A stretch of 64,000 nt of DNA from Candidatus Zixiibacteriota bacterium (GCA_028715215.1 JAQUSF010000002.1:15-64014), one strand, 5' to 3'; shown: positions 38,945-48,133, counted from the stretch's first letter. The notes: a model not told the origin generated them from the letters alone. Program-made: numbers and translations.

Positions 38945-41097
38945 CTTACTTTGGTCAGAATGCTGCCGGAAAAAGCCAGGATAAGCAAAACAATCAAAGC
39001 TCCCAGAAGACCTTGCAGACCGATGACCGGTAATAAAACCGTGGTGGTCATTAGGGCGCCCAGCGAGGAACCGACGAGCTCCAGGGCATATCCCAGACCC
39101 CGGTTGCGGTCATTATGACGGGTGTAATAAAGACGGGTAGCGCTGACAAAAACAGCCCCGGTTGCAGCTGCCATCAGGAACATGAAAATTATATGATAAA
39201 TAAGTAAAAGGGATGAGGGCATATACATAAAGGACATCATGAATGCGGCTATTAAAAACATCATCAACAACAACACCGGTATTTCTAAATTTCTAACTGG
39301 ATAAGTATGGCTTAAATAAGTCCCGACAGCCAGCCCCAGCATGAATACCCCTACCAGAAGGGACAATTCCGAATAAAGCGACCCGGCCAGGGACTGGTAA
39401 ACATAAAAGATGGTCAGTTCAAACGAGAGTGAAACAATCCCCACCGTGAAATAAAGAAACAACCCGAGCCGGGAACGCCGGTTTGTTTTATTTGATAAAA
39501 ATAGCACCAGCAAAAAGAGGGTGACCGCAACAGGCAATATAAACAGCCAGGATGTTTTTTTTAAGGTAAAATCCATAAGCCGGTTATCCCAACCGGACAT
39601 TTTTGACTGATATATCACCTGGTACAAAGGCAATAGTGGTTTTTCAAGGCGATTGACCGGAAAATTACTCTGCAGGCTTGAAATTAACCGCCCGGTTTTA
39701 AATTCCGAAAGGCGGTCAACCAGATAATCATCATTTATAAAACTAGGCGCGTAGGGAAGGTTTGACAGTCTGCCTATCAGGGTTTCATATTCAAGGTTAA
39801 AATCCAGGTTGTCAGAAGCAAAAAAGAGAGTCATTTCACCGGGCCAGGCGGCAACCTGGTTAAATCTGATTTTCAGCGTTTCGAATATAATCCCCAGGAG
39901 CTCGCTTTTCTCTTTTGATATATACCGGTCGGTATCATAAGCCGTTGGCATAAATAACAGACCGCTGTCTTCAAGGCGAGATTTCAATCGTTCATAAAAT
40001 TCAGCCGTAAAAAAAATATTGTTCTTATGATTATCCGGTGAGACGGTGTTTAAAATAATGATGTCAAAGCGTACCGAATCTTTAAGGTCGGTAAAATAAG
40101 CAATGGGGTCACGGTTGATTCTGACAGCCTTCTTTTCGGAAAGAGCAAGCCGGTCTATAGCTGATGTCAGCGACGACCTTGGGTCAAGTGAAGTGATTTC
40201 CAGGTCGGGGAAATTTTTTGCCAGTTGTTCTAAGCCGAACTCAACCCGACCCAGTATCAGGATTCGGCGGGCATTCGGCTTGTAAGCCAGAGCCGGAAGA
40301 AGCTGGTTCTCAGTTATCATCAGGTCCGGGAAAACGGCTTCAATGTTATTATCCGTTAGAAGCGTGATAGTACTGTCGCGGGTAATAATGGTCTGGTGGC
40401 TGTAGGGAGTATCGAAGGAGTCGTTGACAGTGTACGCCTTATATTTGAGCGAATCCAGATAAATATCCAGAGGTCGTGACAGATTGCGGGCAACAAGTAT
40501 CACCAGGATAGTCAGGGTCATGTATAATACCGTGTGCGCTTTTCGCGCCGGTTTGAGCGTGAAATAAACGGTATCAGCCAGAACCACCAGTCCGGTGGCA
40601 AAAGCCAGGGTCAGGGTGGAAAAAAATACCCCGACCAGAAAAGCGATAAGTAATCCCCCGACGAAAGCTCCAATACCTTCGTACAGGTAAACCAGTACGA
40701 TAGAAGTGGTGGTTTCAACCTGGGACTCCCGGTTGATAGCGGAAAACAGCCAGCCGGAAATTACCCCCGCCGGAGCCATGTATATGACGGAAAGGGTGGC
40801 CGCCAGGGTGAAGGGAAAAATCTCTCCCGGCAATTTATCGAATAAAAGCGGGGTCAGGCGGATAAGGACGATTGTACTCCATAAAAGGAAAGGTGCAATT
40901 ATGAAAAGAAGTGAAGAACGCGATGTAATGGTTGACAGGCCACCCCAGACGGCGCCCAGGGCTACTGCGATAAGCCAGCCGAAAAAAGCCGTCCCGATAA
41001 AAAGTTCATCACCGTTGAATGTCGCTACCAGTTCCCGAAGCAACAGTACCTGGGCGCCGGTTGCCATGAAGCCGAGGAAAAATGCTTTCCGTTTCAT
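38941..41097 (-). CDS. Fused polytopic membrane / spermidine-synthase-like (class I methyltransferase fold) protein
   Basis: N- and C-terminal multi-TM blocks flank a soluble aminopropyltransferase-like domain (RILILG...EITSLDPRS...DIIILNTVSP). ATG 41097 overlaps the radical SAM gene's stop codon by 1 nt. The longer ORF runs to 41127. Confidence 0.65.
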   Translation of the reverse strand: MKRKAFFLGFMATGAQVLLLRELVATFNGDELFIGTAFFGWLIAVALGAVWGGLSTITSRSSLLFIIAPFLLWSTIVLIRLTPLLFDKLPGEIFPFTLAATLSVIYMAPAGVISGWLFSAINRESQVETTTSIVLVYLYEGIGAFVGGLLIAFLVGVFFSTLTLAFATGLVVLADTVYFTLKPARKAHTVLYMTLTILVILVARNLSRPLDIYLDSLKYKAYTVNDSFDTPYSHQTIITRDSTITLLTDNNIEAVFPDLMITENQLLPALAYKPNARRILILGRVEFGLEQLAKNFPDLEITSLDPRSSLTSAIDRLALSEKKAVRINRDPIAYFTDLKDSVRFDIIILNTVSPDNHKNNIFFTAEFYERLKSRLEDSGLLFMPTAYDTDRYISKEKSELLGIIFETLKIRFNQVAAWPGEMTLFFASDNLDFNLEYETLIGRLSNLPYAPSFINDDYLVDRLSEFKTGRLISSLQSNFPVNRLEKPLLPLYQVIYQSKMSGWDNRLMDFTLKKTSWLFILPVAVTLFLLVLFLSNKTNRRSRLGLFLYFTVGIVSLSFELTIFYVYQSLAGSLYSELSLLVGVFMLGLAVGTYLSHTYPVRNLEIPVLLLMMFLIAAFMMSFMYMPSSLLLIYHIIFMFLMAAATGAVFVSATRLYYTRHNDRNRGLGYALELVGSSLGALMTTTVLLPVIGLQGLLGALIVLLILAFSGSILTKVS

Positions 41098-42236
41098 TAA
41101 AAAAGACCCGGAATTTCCCGGTTGCATTTTTTACAGCGACTGCCGATGAGATTATACTGGCCTAACCGGTACCCCTGTCGTTGTATCAATATTTCACCGC
41201 ATCCGGGGCAGTAGGTTGATTCCGCCGGGTGCCCGGGGATATTACCGAGATAAACATACTGTAGTCCCTCAGCACGGCTAATCTGATACGCTCTTTCAAG
41301 GGTTGTTTGAGGTGTGGGAGGGAGGTTTTTAAGCAAATACTGCGGGTAGAAGCGGGAGAAATGTACCGGGGTGTCGACGCCCAGATTGGTTTTAATCCAT
41401 TGAGCCAGTTCGACAAATTCGGCGTCGGTGTCGTTTAGAGTTGGGACAACCAGATAGACAATTTCCAGCCAGACGCCGGCTTTCTTTATCCGGACAAGTG
41501 TATCCAGAACCGGTTTTAATTCACCGTTGACAATACTTTTATAATATTCTTCACGAATAGCTTTTAAGTCGACTTTTACGGCGTCAAGGTGTTTGAGGAG
41601 TTCGTTCATGGGGTCTTTCTCAATATACCCGCCGGTTATCATAACCGACCTGATGCCGTTTTTGTGTCCCAGAACGGCGATATCATACATGTATTCATAA
41701 AATACTATCGGTTCCGAATAGGTATAGGCGATATTCGGGACTTTTTGTTCCCGGCAGATATCAATAACCCCCTGAGGCGGCAGGTCGATATTGTTGGTTT
41801 GTTCCGGGCGTGTCTGGGATATCTCCCAGTTCTGGCAGAACTTGCAATTGACATTACACCCGGCCGTGGCAAGAGAGAAGGCTTCCGACCCCGGGTAAAA
41901 ATGAAACAGAGGTTTTTTTTCAATCGGGTCGATATTGACCGAACAGGGTAAGCCATAAACTAAAGTGTAATAGATATCATTACGGTTTTCCCGGACTCCG
42001 CAGTAACCTCTTTCAAGGTCGGTTATGAAACAATGTCGGGGACAGAGCAGACACTCGATGCCGCCGCCTGCGACTTTTTTATAATAACGAGCCTCGACTG
42101 ATGATAATTCCCGGGCATAATCAAATGCCAGGGCATTCTGAAGACCGCCCAGAAATTCGGGAATCAGGTCGGATGAGGGCGTTGCCGCCAGGGCTGCACC
42201 GCAACCCAGACAGCGGATAAAGGTTCGACGCTTCAT
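41097..42236 (-). CDS. AmmeMemoRadiSam-system radical SAM enzyme with a twin-arginine signal
   Basis: The CNVNCKFCQNW (CxxxCxxC) radical SAM motif is present, with C-terminal CxxC pairs. The N-terminal KRRTFIRCLGCGAALAA fits the Tat motif. It is divergent from a Memo-AMMECR1 gene. Confidence 0.8.
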   Translation of the reverse strand: MKRRTFIRCLGCGAALAATPSSDLIPEFLGGLQNALAFDYARELSSVEARYYKKVAGGGIECLLCPRHCFITDLERGYCGVRENRNDIYYTLVYGLPCSVNIDPIEKKPLFHFYPGSEAFSLATAGCNVNCKFCQNWEISQTRPEQTNNIDLPPQGVIDICREQKVPNIAYTYSEPIVFYEYMYDIAVLGHKNGIRSVMITGGYIEKDPMNELLKHLDAVKVDLKAIREEYYKSIVNGELKPVLDTLVRIKKAGVWLEIVYLVVPTLNDTDAEFVELAQWIKTNLGVDTPVHFSRFYPQYLLKNLPPTPQTTLERAYQISRAEGLQYVYLGNIPGHPAESTYCPGCGEILIQRQGYRLGQYNLIGSRCKKCNREIPGLF

Positions 42237-43159
42237 CAGAAAAGCTCCCCGGTTTTAGCGTTACCATTATGGTCGAGGTTCAACACGGTCAAATCGATTT
42301 TCGATAAATCAGCCATCCCCAGGCCAATCTCTTCTCCGACAGCCAGGTACTTTACCGGGCGACCGGCTTTTTCCAGCGGCGGGAGGTTATTTTTCAAGCG
42401 TAATCCCTGTACTATTTCCAGGCCGATGCGGTCAGCACTCACCGGGTCACAGGATAAAATCAGACCTCCGTATGAAACCTGGTATTCACCTATGAAACCC
42501 GGCCCACCGTTATATTGAACACGCACGGCATCGATTATGGTCAGGCAATTTTTTCGTTTTATTGTGGCCAGGCTGGAAACATGAGCGGCATAAGGTGTGC
42601 AGTGGTTGTCGTGATATTTATTGGGATTAAATATCGCCCCGTACATATTTTTTAAACCGGCTGACAAACCGGCCAGGGAATGGTCTTTAAGAATCGGCAG
42701 GTTGATATTGTAATCGACTATTGTTGTCAACAGGCGGCTTATCCGGGTGCTGACTTCGCCGTAGGTCTCGAAATTATCGTCGTATCCGATGCCATTGGTA
42801 TCAGTTCCCAGACACCGAACGCCAAAAGAGGAAGCGTTCAGCTTGAAACCGGCCCCGCTGAGTTCCCGGTTGGTACGGTCCCAAATGATAATGTTGTTGT
42901 CGTTTATATGACCATTGGAAGTCAATATTTCGGTTAAAGCTTCAGTTAAAACAACCGGGGTTGATAATAAGCGGCCGGTAAGGCAGTTGGTTTTCATGCC
43001 TATGACGCCTTTGGGGATGACCTTTTTCATGGCAAAATAGGCATTAGTTTCTTCGGCAACAGCTTTTAACCCGGTTTGCAGCAGGAGCCGGTATTCTTCA
43101 CGATTATAGTGACCGTTACTCTCTCGGTCGGTAAATTTAACCACTACGACCTTACTCAT
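42236..43159 (-). CDS. DUF362-family protein, cytoplasmic form with no signal peptide
   Basis: It carries NIIIWDRTNRELSGAGF and LKNMYGAIFNP and is paralogous to 35366..36328 and 2..751. It overlaps the radical SAM gene by 1 nt. Confidence 0.75.
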   Translation of the reverse strand: MSKVVVVKFTDRESNGHYNREEYRLLLQTGLKAVAEETNAYFAMKKVIPKGVIGMKTNCLTGRLLSTPVVLTEALTEILTSNGHINDNNIIIWDRTNRELSGAGFKLNASSFGVRCLGTDTNGIGYDDNFETYGEVSTRISRLLTTIVDYNINLPILKDHSLAGLSAGLKNMYGAIFNPNKYHDNHCTPYAAHVSSLATIKRKNCLTIIDAVRVQYNGGPGFIGEYQVSYGGLILSCDPVSADRIGLEIVQGLRLKNNLPPLEKAGRPVKYLAVGEEIGLGMADLSKIDLTVLNLDHNGNAKTGELF

Positions 43160-43246
43160 ATTTATATTATACTATATTTTTTATTAAAAACAGCCAGTAC
43201 TTTTATACTTGCGTCATCTTTAACTGTTATATATTGTAAAACAGGT

Positions 43247-44755
43247 ATGAAAATAATTAATAACCCGGCAGTTAAATTACTCTTTATTTTTTTAATATTT
43301 TATATGACAGACAGTTACGCCGAAATAAGGAAACCTGCGGTGGCCGGGGCGTTTTATCCCGGAAACACCGAGGAATTGAAAAAGATGATAAGCGGTCATC
43401 TGTCCGGAGTGGAAACTATGCCGGCTATCGATGGCCAGGTGATAGCCTTATTAGTCCCCCATGCGGGCCTGGTATATTCCGGACAGATTGCCGCGCATGC
43501 TTATAAAATTCTCGAAAATTCCGGCATTAAAAGGGTGATACTCTGCGGCCCCTCGCACCGGTACCGTTTTAACGGTCTTTCGGTTTATGGTCCCGGCGTT
43601 CAATGGGAAACACCCCTGGGAATGATTGCCTGTAATGACGACCTGTGTCAGCATCTATTAAATTTTAATAAGAATGTCAATGTAATACCTGAAGCTCATT
43701 ATCAGGAACACTGCCTTGAGGTTCAGTTACCTTATCTTCAGACTGTCCTGACCAGACCTGAAATAGTTCCGGTGTTGATAGGTCCTCAGGATCATGGCAC
43801 TGTAAAATTATTAAGTGAGGCTTTACAATCACTGCCTTTTGATTCTCAGACAGTGATGATTGCTTCCTCCGATTGGCAGCACTATCGGCCGGCTTCTGAA
43901 GGCTGGAAATACGACTCGACGGGAATTAAATGTCTTGAAGACCTGGACCCGGACCGGCTGGAGAATTATCTGCAAACCGGAAAAGTGGAAATGTGCGGCG
44001 GTGGGGTGACGGTGGCGGTTGTAAAAGCCGCCCTGGCTAAAGGTGCCAACCGGCTGAAAATTTTAAAATACGGCGATTCCGGTGATGTATCCGGCGATAA
44101 AACCGCTGTGGTCGGCTATGTTGCAGCCGTTTTATACAAGGCTGACGAAAAGGAAAATGACAGCAGAAAGACGGATGTTAAAAAAACATCAAATATGGAA
44201 AAAGACCTCGAAAAATATGAGCTGTCCGATACCGATAAAAAACAGCTTTTGCAGATAGCCCGCCGTTCGATTGAAAGCTATCTTGCCGATGGCACCATTC
44301 CCGAATTCGAGGTTCCCGGCAATCTCAGTTTACCCGGTGCGGCTTTTGTAACCCTGGAAAAAGGAGAAACCTTACGCGGCTGTATCGGTCATGTCATGGC
44401 GGTGGAGCCGCTTTATAAAACCGTAGCTACCTGCGCCGTACAGGCGGCGGTTTCTGACCCCCGCTTTCCACCGGTTCAAGCCCGTGAGATGAAAGACATC
44501 CATATTGAAATATCGGTCCTGACTCCTCAGCAGAAAGTCGCCTCACTGGATGAAATTGAAGTCGGCCGCGATGGTCTGGTTATTGCCATGGGTAACAACC
44601 GGGGCTTGCTTTTACCCCAGGTTGCCACCGATTACGGCTGGAATAAAACTGAGTTTTTGCAGCACACCTGCCGCAAAGCCGGTCTTCCAATAGACGCCTA
44701 TAAATCCCCGGAGGCTTCGATTTATAAATTTCAGGCTCTGGTTTTCGGGGAATAA
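43247..44755 (+). CDS. Memo-like (AmmeMemoRadiSam protein B) / AMMECR1 (protein A) fusion with an N-terminal signal-like segment
   Basis: The Memo half has RKPAVAGAFYPG and LLVPHAGLVYSG. The AMMECR1 half has GAAFVTLEK...LRGCIGH...DPRFPPV. Start ATG 43247 gives MKIINNPAVKLLFIFLIFYMTDSYA. The track ORF from 43076 would overlap the divergent gene. Confidence 0.8.
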   Translation: MKIINNPAVKLLFIFLIFYMTDSYAEIRKPAVAGAFYPGNTEELKKMISGHLSGVETMPAIDGQVIALLVPHAGLVYSGQIAAHAYKILENSGIKRVILCGPSHRYRFNGLSVYGPGVQWETPLGMIACNDDLCQHLLNFNKNVNVIPEAHYQEHCLEVQLPYLQTVLTRPEIVPVLIGPQDHGTVKLLSEALQSLPFDSQTVMIASSDWQHYRPASEGWKYDSTGIKCLEDLDPDRLENYLQTGKVEMCGGGVTVAVVKAALAKGANRLKILKYGDSGDVSGDKTAVVGYVAAVLYKADEKENDSRKTDVKKTSNMEKDLEKYELSDTDKKQLLQIARRSIESYLADGTIPEFEVPGNLSLPGAAFVTLEKGETLRGCIGHVMAVEPLYKTVATCAVQAAVSDPRFPPVQAREMKDIHIEISVLTPQQKVASLDEIEVGRDGLVIAMGNNRGLLLPQVATDYGWNKTEFLQHTCRKAGLPIDAYKSPEASIYKFQALVFGE

Positions 44756-44786
44756 CGAAATACTTTAAGAAATTTTGATACTTGAT

Positions 44787-44820
44787 AAAAAAAAGGCCGC
44801 CCTGTTAAAGAGCGGCCTTT
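44787..44820. terminator. Rho-independent terminator between convergent genes
   Basis: The stem AGGCCGC (44794-44800) / GCGGCCT (44812-44818) has an A8 run to its left. Confidence 0.75.
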
Positions 44821-44838
44821 ATGTTTAAGCGAAAATCT

Positions 44839-45063
44839 TCATGGACAATTGGGCAGGGGGGTATGTGACAGATAAAGGAAATCTATCAGCCGCGTAATGT
44901 CGGATATATCCGGATCACCTCCGGAAACATCCACGTCGGCTTCATCGGGACAACAAAGAGGGTTGTGACTTAAATACAGATAATCGATCAAACGGGTAAT
45001 ATCGGAGATGTCAGGGTCTTCAACCTCGGAACAATCCACGTTGCCGGTTTGACCGATACAGCA
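44839..45063 (-). repeat. Shared CTD coding segment (copy 5, C10)
   Basis: [74 protein letters not shown], then stop. Confidence 0.9.
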
Positions 45064-46965
45064 ACCTTCGTAGTAATAAAGAATACTGCCAGATGATAAA
45101 GCCGGGGTGTAAGTTGCCAGCTCCCCATAGAATTTGGGTTCTAAAGTAATAGAAGTCGTGTAGCCGTCGAAGATGAGCAGGTTGGAATCATTGGGCGGGC
45201 CGGACGTGATGCTGAATTTCAAGATGATAAGCGGGCCGGTTCCGGGATCAAGCTCGGGGTCGCTGCCGACTTCGAAATTTAAAGTCATTCGTTTTTCGGA
45301 AGCGCTATAATTGAGATAACCCACATCCATATAATCCGCCCGACAGCCGGTAACGCTGTAACCCTTGTATGAGAGATTTAAATTACCGCCGTACTCAACC
45401 GGCAACTGAATGCGATACAGCGGAACATAATTGGTGATATGAATAGGGATTTCAAGGGTGGTGGCCAGAGGTCCTTGTACATGGGAACCTCTGATAGTAT
45501 CAGCCAGGGCAATAACATGATTTAATTTTTCGTAATAGAAAGAAGCCATGCCCGAATCTACTCTCAGTCCCACATCATAAATTCCGGGTGTCTGGTAGGT
45601 ATGCACAGGTTCCTGTATCATTGCCGAGTCACCGTCGCCAAAATACCATTTCCAGCCGGTCACGGCCTGAAGTTCCGAGGCGCCGAAGAAACTGACATCC
45701 AGCGGAACCCAGCCGATATTATTGGATGAGGTGAACATGGAACGTTTTTCAGGCATGATAAAACGCTGCATCGATTCATTGAGATAGTTGCAGCCTTCCA
45801 CGGCACAGTGAAGATTATCCACGGTATACCAGCCGTTGTAACTTCCACCCCAGCCATAATTCATATGATATTGATTCAGAGTACCGTTAACGCGCCAGCC
45901 GTCGCATACGATGGCATGGGCGTCAATCAAGTACATAATCGGTCGCCCCTGGTCGATTTCATCGGCTATCATGCCGAACCAGGAAGCGGGATCGTAAGAA
46001 CTGCGGTAAAAATTCATGACGATATCACGGTACTTGAAATAGTCCGAATAAACTGAATTGAACGGCCAGGTACCTGAACCGCAAGCACCGAAATCCATGT
46101 TAAAAGCTATCGCCACTTCGTAATTAAATTCCGCCAGGGCGTCGTTCTGAGCCTGAGTACAGCCGCCATCACAGTTATCGGGAATATTTGCCCAGTCATA
46201 GGGGTCATAAAAGGTTGCGCCCACAGTCAGACCGGGGGTGCTGCCTTCACAGGAATTATCGCCGTCCCACCAGTAAGAACGACTTCCCGTACCTTCCGGG
46301 GGCCACTGATGATACTTGAAAATCTGCGCGGCGGCGGTAGCAACACAGCCCACCACAGTCCTATCCCCATCACCATAGGGACATAAGTTGTTATACGGGT
46401 CGAACTGGTGCCAGCGCGAGGTCAAGAGCGGTCCGACCTGGGTGCTTTCCAGGCTGGTTTTAAAATCCAACCGCTTGGTGGTGTAGGAATCCCATTGGCG
46501 GCGGTGTTCCCGGCTAAATATTACTTCCCCCGAAGCTGGCTGGGCGGCTTCAAGAGAGCCGTAATTTTCAACGTAAACCCGAAGCAGTTTCTGAAGGATT
46601 TCACGCATCATCAGGGGGAAGCCGAACCGCTGGGTAATATCAAAATGGCCTTCGTCGGTATAAAATTTTACCGGTGCCATATCTTTCAATATCGGGATAA
46701 TTACGAAACCTTCGGGTGAAATGGAGTAGACCCTTCCCAGAAGGGTGTCATTTTCGATGATATCCTGAACGTCGGTTATTTGAGGATTGGTTACTCCGGC
46801 CCAACTGCCGTTTTGTGATACGATTTCAGCCAGCCAGTTCTCACAGACGAGTTCCATTTCTTCGGGAACGGCTGTTTCAGCGTTGGCTTGACCAAGCCAT
46901 AAAAAAGTCAATAAAATCGCCAGAAAAGTTGTTATTGACAGGTGGGAAATTGTTTTGGTCTTCAT
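44839..46965 (-). CDS. Secreted C10 (streptopain-like) cysteine peptidase: I69-like prodomain, C10 core, PKD domain, cohesin-like domain, dockerin-like CTD
   Basis: C10 motifs are LLTSRWHQFDPYNNLCP...VVGCVATAAAQI (catalytic Cys), HAIVCDGW (His) and MNYGWGG. The PKD-like stretch is WKWYFGDGDS...HTYQTPGIYDV. The shared CTD follows. Confidence 0.85.
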   Translation of the reverse strand: MKTKTISHLSITTFLAILLTFLWLGQANAETAVPEEMELVCENWLAEIVSQNGSWAGVTNPQITDVQDIIENDTLLGRVYSISPEGFVIIPILKDMAPVKFYTDEGHFDITQRFGFPLMMREILQKLLRVYVENYGSLEAAQPASGEVIFSREHRRQWDSYTTKRLDFKTSLESTQVGPLLTSRWHQFDPYNNLCPYGDGDRTVVGCVATAAAQIFKYHQWPPEGTGSRSYWWDGDNSCEGSTPGLTVGATFYDPYDWANIPDNCDGGCTQAQNDALAEFNYEVAIAFNMDFGACGSGTWPFNSVYSDYFKYRDIVMNFYRSSYDPASWFGMIADEIDQGRPIMYLIDAHAIVCDGWRVNGTLNQYHMNYGWGGSYNGWYTVDNLHCAVEGCNYLNESMQRFIMPEKRSMFTSSNNIGWVPLDVSFFGASELQAVTGWKWYFGDGDSAMIQEPVHTYQTPGIYDVGLRVDSGMASFYYEKLNHVIALADTIRGSHVQGPLATTLEIPIHITNYVPLYRIQLPVEYGGNLNLSYKGYSVTGCRADYMDVGYLNYSASEKRMTLNFEVGSDPELDPGTGPLIILKFSITSGPPNDSNLLIFDGYTTSITLEPKFYGELATYTPALSSGSILYYYEGCCIGQTGNVDCSEVEDPDISDITRLIDYLYLSHNPLCCPDEADVDVSGGDPDISDITRLIDFLYLSHTPLPNCP

Positions 46966-47087
46966 AAAAATAATACTCCCTTGCTCAAGTTAAGTTCAGG
47001 AAATTTAAGAAGTTACGTACCTGTTTGTACAGTAGTAATATATTGTAGAAGCGCTTATTTGTCAAGCATTTAACTCCGGTTGCACAA

Positions 47088-47123
47088 TAAAAAATGGCCG
47101 ACATATCATATATATTATCGGCC
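47088..47123 (-). terminator. Rho-independent terminator downstream of the orphan mini-ORF
   Basis: The stem GGCCGA (47096-47101) / TCGGCC (47118-47123) is followed on the minus strand by ATTTTTT. Confidence 0.55.
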
Positions 47124-47169
47124 TGTAATTTCTGCGTTTTAACATTAAGATTTACATAATCTTACTTCT

Positions 47170-47301
47170 TTATTGCGGTTCCTGCGTCAGCTCGAAGACA
47201 AAACAAGGTTTGACCGGCGGCGGCCCGGACAAATATAAAAAGTTAACCAGATGAGTAATGTCGGAAATATCGACAACCGAATCACAATTGCAATCGGCCA
47301 T
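47170..47301 (-). CDS. Orphan 43-codon ORF encoding a single dockerin-like half-module; gene relic or mini-protein
   Basis: Hand translation gives MADCNCDSVVDISDITHLVNFLYLSGPPPVKPCFVFELTQEPQ. The core VDISDITHLVNFLYLS matches the [16 protein letters not shown] repeat of the eight CTDs. There is no signal peptide. An in-frame stop lies 15 codons upstream of the ATG, and AAGGA lies just upstream. Confidence 0.35.
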   Translation of the reverse strand: MADCNCDSVVDISDITHLVNFLYLSGPPPVKPCFVFELTQEPQ

Positions 47302-48133
47302 TATCCTTTGTAGGGCAGAACCCTCTTGGTGGTTCTGACAATTTCTTTAATTTATTGTGTAATTTTTAAATATCCTTATATGTCTCCCCATATAAAATAG
47401 ACAGAACCGCTATAGGGTTCCACCTTACGAAAACTGGACAAGAGGCCGAATACATTTACTCCTTGGGTTGTATGTAAAGGATAAACAACAAGGTAGTAGC
47501 GCCAATAAAATATGTAATGTGATGACGGGTAATAACAGTATAAAATTATAAGCCTGATAAGCAGGTGTTATACAAAAATATATAGATACAATCTTGGAAG
47601 TAATAATAATTACGCCCCGAACCGGGGGGAGGGAGAAAACGATTCGGGGCGTTTATGACGGCTTTGATGTCGGTCCTTGCTTACAAATCCGACCGTCATG
47701 AATACAGTATAAATTCTATATTAATATTTACAATAAGACAATAATAGGTACTGACAAGGTATAAAAAATACCCATTTAAATTATCAGCAAAATTAAAATA
47801 AAAGTATCTCGAAAACAGTTAATTTTGCCAAATTCGTAATAGTAAAATATATTGGGATAGAAAATTACAAACATAATAATTGTGGTCGTAAGGCTATGTA
47901 ACACAATAACATAATATATTTATATTTTTATATTGCTTTTTTATGATGGTATTTATAGTATGAAATGAGTATTCGGAGTTCAAATCTGCCGCGGGGCTGG
48001 TACGTACTTCTTAAGATTTTATAGTGTCCGGTAAAAGTGTTTATTTTTTATACAGCTTGGCCGAAATAAAGAATATGGATATGTAAGTTTTTATTATCAA
48101 GTGAATATTAAGTATATTCAAGGAGATAATTAT

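Noticed and set aside
43076-43246. An N-terminal extension of the Memo-AMMECR1 ORF, with the track start at 43076.
   Set aside because: The extension would overlap the 5' end of the divergent DUF362 gene by 84 nt and reads as AT-rich nonsense (IYIILYFLLK...). ATG 43247 yields a sensible signal-like N-terminus directly before the conserved Memo motif.
47654-47746. A 30-codon plus-strand ORF (MTALMSVLAYKSDRHEYSINSILIFTIRQ) lies downstream of the GGGAGGGAG loop in the long intergenic region.
   Set aside because: The purine-rich tract is sequestered in a hairpin loop and sits about 19 nt from the ATG, and the ORF itself is formed by the second hairpin. An RNA structure explains it better than a coding gene.
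47974-47998. A T-loop-like sequence, GGAGTTCAAATCTGCCGCGGGGCT, suggested a tRNA or the 3' fragment of a tRNA, such as an integration scar.
   Set aside because: The putative T-stem does not pair (CGGAG versus CTGCC). No acceptor, D or anticodon arms can be drawn in the ~75 nt upstream, which is almost pure AT. No integrase or direct repeat was found. At best it is an ancient fragment, so it is not called.
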